DNA of 64,000 nt from an uncultured Gemmatimonadales bacterium. Lineage in GTDB: Bacteria; Gemmatimonadota; Gemmatimonadetes; Palauibacterales; Palauibacteraceae. Positions 60,284 through 64,000 of this stretch are shown here, piece by piece (positions within the stretch are counted from its first letter, which is position 1; the number at the start of each line of letters is the position of its first letter). The stretch is taken from NCBI GenBank assembly GCA_963783385.1, contig CAWANJ010000006.1, positions 352,001 to 416,000 of the forward strand, given 5' to 3'. Below the pieces are notes generated by a model that worked only from the letters and a program-made list of their open reading frames with translations, searched no databases and was not told the DNA's origin. Both the position numbers and the translations under genes were made by a program.

Positions 60284-61221
60284 GCGCTCCGCCCCGGGGA
60301 GTAGCGCCCGAGCGCCTCGGGCATGGGGGTGAGGGGCAGGTCGGGCAGCACCCGGCGCAGCGAGGCGAGCTCGGCGACCGCTCCCCCGGTGGCGAACTCG
60401 AGCGCGTCGCGGGAGAACAGCTGGCCCGGGAGGAGCTCGGCGACCGCGGCGCCCACCCGGAGAAGCCCCATGGGTACATGCACGATCGGCTTGCGCCGCC
60501 CCATGGCGTCCATGAGCGTCTGGATGATCGCGTCCATGGTGTAGGTGATGGGACCGCCGAGCTCGAAGCGGGCGCCGATCGCGGCCGGGGTCTCGAGGGT
60601 CCGGGCCACGGCCGCCGCGAGATCCCCGATCCACACGGGGTTGATCCGCTGGTCGCCCGGACCGAGCTGCGGGAACACCCCGGGCAGGAGGCGGAGGATG
60701 CGGGCGAACACGTTGAGGCTCTGGTCCCCGGGCCCGTACACCCAGGAGGGGCGCACGATCGTGAAGGCGGGCTCGCCGCCGCTCACCGCCGCCTCGGCCA
60801 TGCCCTTGGCCCGGAACCAGGGCCGGTCGGACTCCGGGTCGGCGCCCACGCCGGACAGGTACACGATCCTCCGCACCCCGGCCTCGCCGCCGGCCGCCAC
60901 GACGTTGGCCGTCCCCCGGGCGTCGACGTCGAGGAAGCTCCGGCCCCGCGAGGGGTCCTCCACGGGGAAGCCCGAAAACTGGACGGTCTGGACCACCACG
61001 TCGACGTCCTGGAGGGCGGCCGGGAGCGTGGAAGGATCCGTCACGTCGCCTCCCCGCGCATCCACCTCGATCCCCCCGAAGCGGGCGGCGACGCCCCGGG
61101 GCCGTCGCGACAGCACGATCACCCGGTAGCCGCACCCGGCCAGCTCGCGCACGATGGCGGCCCCGAGGAAGCCGGTGCCGCCGGCCACGAGGACTGTCTG
61201 TGGAGAGGACGCCGGGTTCAT
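60280..61221 (-). CDS. NAD(P)H-binding protein (NDUFA9-like atypical SDR)
   Basis: VAGGTGFLG, WFRAKG.AE, RPSWVYGPGD. Confidence 0.88.
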   Translation of the reverse strand: MNPASSPQTVLVAGGTGFLGAAIVRELAGCGYRVIVLSRRPRGVAARFGGIEVDARGGDVTDPSTLPAALQDVDVVVQTVQFSGFPVEDPSRGRSFLDVDARGTANVVAAGGEAGVRRIVYLSGVGADPESDRPWFRAKGMAEAAVSGGEPAFTIVRPSWVYGPGDQSLNVFARILRLLPGVFPQLGPGDQRINPVWIGDLAAAVARTLETPAAIGARFELGGPITYTMDAIIQTLMDAMGRRKPIVHVPMGLLRVGAAVAELLPGQLFSRDALEFATGGAVAELASLRRVLPDLPLTPMPEALGRYSPGRSA

Positions 61222-61363
61222 GTCGTCTGCACCGTGTCTCGGGGCCGGCACGTCGAGTGCGAAGGGCGTAACTTCTCAATGGGGTCCGAACAGGGTACGG
61301 CGCAAGGGTCGGACCAATCACGAACGACTCCGCGGTCCCGCAGCAAGGGAGAGAACGCAGGGC

Positions 61364-63328
61364 ATGCGCGACTTTCTGAAGGCTCTCGAGGAACGCCACA
61401 TCTTGCTGTTCGATGGGGCCATGGGAACGGAAATCTACCGGCGCGGCGTGTTCATCAACCGCTCCTACGACGACCTGTGCCGCACGGACCCGGGCATGAT
61501 CCGGGAGATCCACCGGGCCTACCGCGAGGCCGGAGCGGACGTCCTGGAGACGAACAGCTTCGGAGCCAACCGGTTCCAGCTCCAGAGCTACGGCCTGGAG
61601 GAGCAGGTCCCGGAGATCAACGAGGCGGCGGCGGCGCTGGCCCGGGCCGTGGCGGGCTCGGAGCTGCTGGTGGCCGGGAGCATGGGCCCGCTCGGAGTCC
61701 GGCTGGAGCCGTTCGGGCCCACCTCCCGAATGGAGACCCGGGCAGTCTTCCGCGAACAGGCGGCCGCGCTGGCCCGCGGCGGGGTCGACCTGTTCATATG
61801 CGAGACGTTCAGCGACCTCAACGAGGTCGAGGAAGCCGTGCGGGGCTGCCGGGACGCCTCCGACCTCCCGGTGCTGGCCGAGATGACGATCCAGCCCGAC
61901 GGCCAGACGACCTACGGAGCCTCGGCGGTGCAGATCGCCCGCGAGCTCGACGCGATGGGCGTCGACGCGATGGGCCTGAACTGCAGCGTGGGGCCCGCCC
62001 TCATGCTGGAGGCGGTGCGCGACATGGCGGCGATCACCGGCCGCCCGATCGCCGCCATCCCCAACGCCGGCCTCCCGCGGGAGGTACAGGGACGGAAGAT
62101 GTACCTGGCGAGCCCGGAGTACATGGCCAGCTACGCGCGTCGGCTCGTGGAGGCGGGAGCCCGCATCATCGGCGGATGTTGCGGGACGCGTCCGGAGCAC
62201 ATTCGCGAGATGGCCGCGCAGGTGGAGGCCTTGAGGGCGCGGTCCGGGGATGGAGCGGGCTCTGCCGGGGGGGCCGGGGCGGACGGGCGCGAGGGGGCCG
62301 GGGCCTCCCCGGCGGAGGTCCGGGAGGGGGAGGATGGGGTCGTCCGCGTTCGATCCGGCGCGAAGGAGGGGGAACCGTCGACCGCCGGTGGCGCGACCCC
62401 GATGCCGCTCGCCGAGCGCTCCGCGTGGGGCGCGAAGCTGGCGCGCGGGGAGCGTGTGGTGAGCGTCGAGGTCCCGTCGCCGCGCAGCGCCGACCCCTCG
62501 GTGCTCCTGGACGCCTGCCGGGCCCTGCGGGCGGCGGGCGTCGACGCGGTGGCCATCCCCGACGGAGCTCGGGCCCGCATGCGCATGGGCGTGGTGGCGG
62601 CGGCCGCGCTGGCCCAGCGCGAGACGGGGATCGAGGCGCTGGCGCACTACACCTGCCGTGACCGCAACCTGCTCGGGATGGCTACGGACCTCCTGGGCGC
62701 GCAGGCGCTCGGGATCCGCAACCTCCTGCTGGTCACGGGGGACCCGCCCAAGATGGGGCCGTATCCCGAGGCCAGCGCCGTGTTCGACGTCGACTCCATC
62801 GGGCTCGTGAACCTGGTGACGCACCTCAACCGCGGTGAAGACCTGGGCGGTCACCCGATCGGCGGCACGACCAGCTTCGTGATCGGGGTGGCGGCCAACC
62901 CCGGCGCCATGGACCTGGGGCGCGAGATCGAGCGCTGGTACTGGAAGGTGGATGCCGGGGCCGACTTCGGCGTGACCCAGCCGATCTTCGACCGGGCCGT
63001 GCTCGAGACCTTCCTGGAGCGGGTCGAGCGGGCGGGCACCCGGCTCCCGATCGTGGCGGGCGTGTGGCCGCTGACGAGCGGGCGTGACGCGGAGTTCCTG
63101 AACAACGAGGTCCCCGGCATCGAGGTACCCGCCGCGGTGATCGAGCGCATGCGGCGCGCCGAGGCCTCCGGGGCCGAGGCGGCGCGGGCCGAAGGCCTGG
63201 CCATCGCCCGCGAGCTGGCGTCCGGGCTGGACGAGCTGGTGCAGGGATTCCAGCTCACGGCCCCGGCGGGCGACGTCGAGCGGGCCCTGTCCGTTCTCGA
63301 GGCGCTGGAGGGGCGCCCGGCGGGCTGA
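61364..63328 (+). CDS. Bifunctional homocysteine S-methyltransferase / methylenetetrahydrofolate reductase (YitJ-like)
   Basis: DGAMGT, GLNCSVGP, PNAG, GGCCGT (Zn Cys); MTHFR part HYTCRDRN, TGDP, VTQPIFD. Confidence 0.92.
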   Translation: MRDFLKALEERHILLFDGAMGTEIYRRGVFINRSYDDLCRTDPGMIREIHRAYREAGADVLETNSFGANRFQLQSYGLEEQVPEINEAAAALARAVAGSELLVAGSMGPLGVRLEPFGPTSRMETRAVFREQAAALARGGVDLFICETFSDLNEVEEAVRGCRDASDLPVLAEMTIQPDGQTTYGASAVQIARELDAMGVDAMGLNCSVGPALMLEAVRDMAAITGRPIAAIPNAGLPREVQGRKMYLASPEYMASYARRLVEAGARIIGGCCGTRPEHIREMAAQVEALRARSGDGAGSAGGAGADGREGAGASPAEVREGEDGVVRVRSGAKEGEPSTAGGATPMPLAERSAWGAKLARGERVVSVEVPSPRSADPSVLLDACRALRAAGVDAVAIPDGARARMRMGVVAAAALAQRETGIEALAHYTCRDRNLLGMATDLLGAQALGIRNLLLVTGDPPKMGPYPEASAVFDVDSIGLVNLVTHLNRGEDLGGHPIGGTTSFVIGVAANPGAMDLGREIERWYWKVDAGADFGVTQPIFDRAVLETFLERVERAGTRLPIVAGVWPLTSGRDAEFLNNEVPGIEVPAAVIERMRRAEASGAEAARAEGLAIARELASGLDELVQGFQLTAPAGDVERALSVLEALEGRPAG

Positions 63329-63446
63329 GGCCGACGCGCCATGCTCGCCCCTCCCGTGCGGGGCGGCTACATTGGCGGCGGAGCGACCCGGCCGCGGCCC
63401 GGCCGCCCCCCCCGGACGACAACCGTACCTCCTTCACGCGCGGACC

Positions 63447-64000
63447 ATGCTCGAACAGCTCTACAAGAGGGACGTCCACAAGCGACCCACCACCGTGCGC
63501 TTCCAGGGGCGCATCCTGTTCTTGACCGAGGATCCCGAGCTCATCCGACGGCAGCTCGAGGGCGAGGACCTGGACTGGGATCCGTCGATCCCCCTCCGGG
63601 ACGACATCTCGACCGACGAGATCACCCCCGGCTGGGTGTGCTACTACTACGATGAGAAGCTCGGCGAGTACCCCTACGTGGGGCTCGAGACGGGCGGCCA
63701 GCGGCCCATCGGCCACAAGGACATCATCGGCAAGGGCTTCGTGGCGGCGGTCTCGGGCAAGCGCCGCGGCAAGGGCTCGAGCCGCGAGGCGGCGCCCTAC
63801 GCGGAGCGGGCCGCCGGGATCCGGGTGGTGATCGCCGAGAACATCGAGCGCATCTACCGGGAGAACTGCGAGAACCTCGGCATGCTCGCCTCGACCGACT
63901 TCTCCCTCATCGACCGCATCCGTCGCGGCGAGGAGATCCCGCTCGAGGCGTTCATCGATCCCGAGGCCGGGCGGATCGAGCGCGACGTGATCGAGTACGG
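63447..64000 (+). CDS. Aconitase/isopropylmalate dehydratase family protein with an N-terminal swivel domain (3' truncated; absent from the ORF track)
   Basis: Manual translation MLEQLYKR...LRDDISTDEITPGW...GKGSSREAAP...ERIYRENCENLG; the DxxTD and GSSRE motifs are LeuD-like. Confidence 0.8.
   Translation, partial: MLEQLYKRDVHKRPTTVRFQGRILFLTEDPELIRRQLEGEDLDWDPSIPLRDDISTDEITPGWVCYYYDEKLGEYPYVGLETGGQRPIGHKDIIGKGFVAAVSGKRRGKGSSREAAPYAERAAGIRVVIAENIERIYRENCENLGMLASTDFSLIDRIRRGEEIPLEAFIDPEAGRIERDVIEY

Noticed and set aside
61222-61363. SAM riboswitch upstream of the yitJ-like gene
   Set aside because: Only a generic hairpin (GGTCCGA...TCGGACC); no SAM-I core motifs recognised.
58874-62854. 1326-aa minus-strand ORF
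   Set aside because: A shadow ORF of high-GC DNA. Only 59317-60283 (epimerase) is real, extended by a frameshift.

Overview
High-GC bacterial chromosome segment containing the replication origin. Gemmatimonadota is my inference from the style of the PolA and pilin sequences; it is not verified. The core is dnaN-oriC-dnaA, divergent from rpmH-rnpA-yidD-yidC, followed by parS sites and parA-parB-M23 peptidase-bactofilin-deoxyhypusine synthase-like. Flanking housekeeping genes include polA, a cold-shock protein, a lytic transglycosylase, a peptide ABC transporter, glycine cleavage genes, corA, dapF, mutY, a 2-oxoacid dehydrogenase operon, ygfZ and a yitJ-like gene. No rRNA, tRNA, CRISPR array, transposase or prophage was recognised. 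Two observations stand out. (1) An unannotated, apparently independently transcribed ~300-nt structured RNA at ~23510-23805. It has a sigma70-type promoter, a 17-nt perfect complement of the conserved 16S rRNA 3' end, a 22-codon sORF, a long multi-stem fold and a terminal hairpin. (2) A free-standing 113-aa single-motif LAGLIDADG-like gene that shares a parS-bearing intergenic region divergently with parAB. Five single-base frameshifts and one in-frame TGA in otherwise intact genes, including polA, most likely reflect sequencing or assembly errors.
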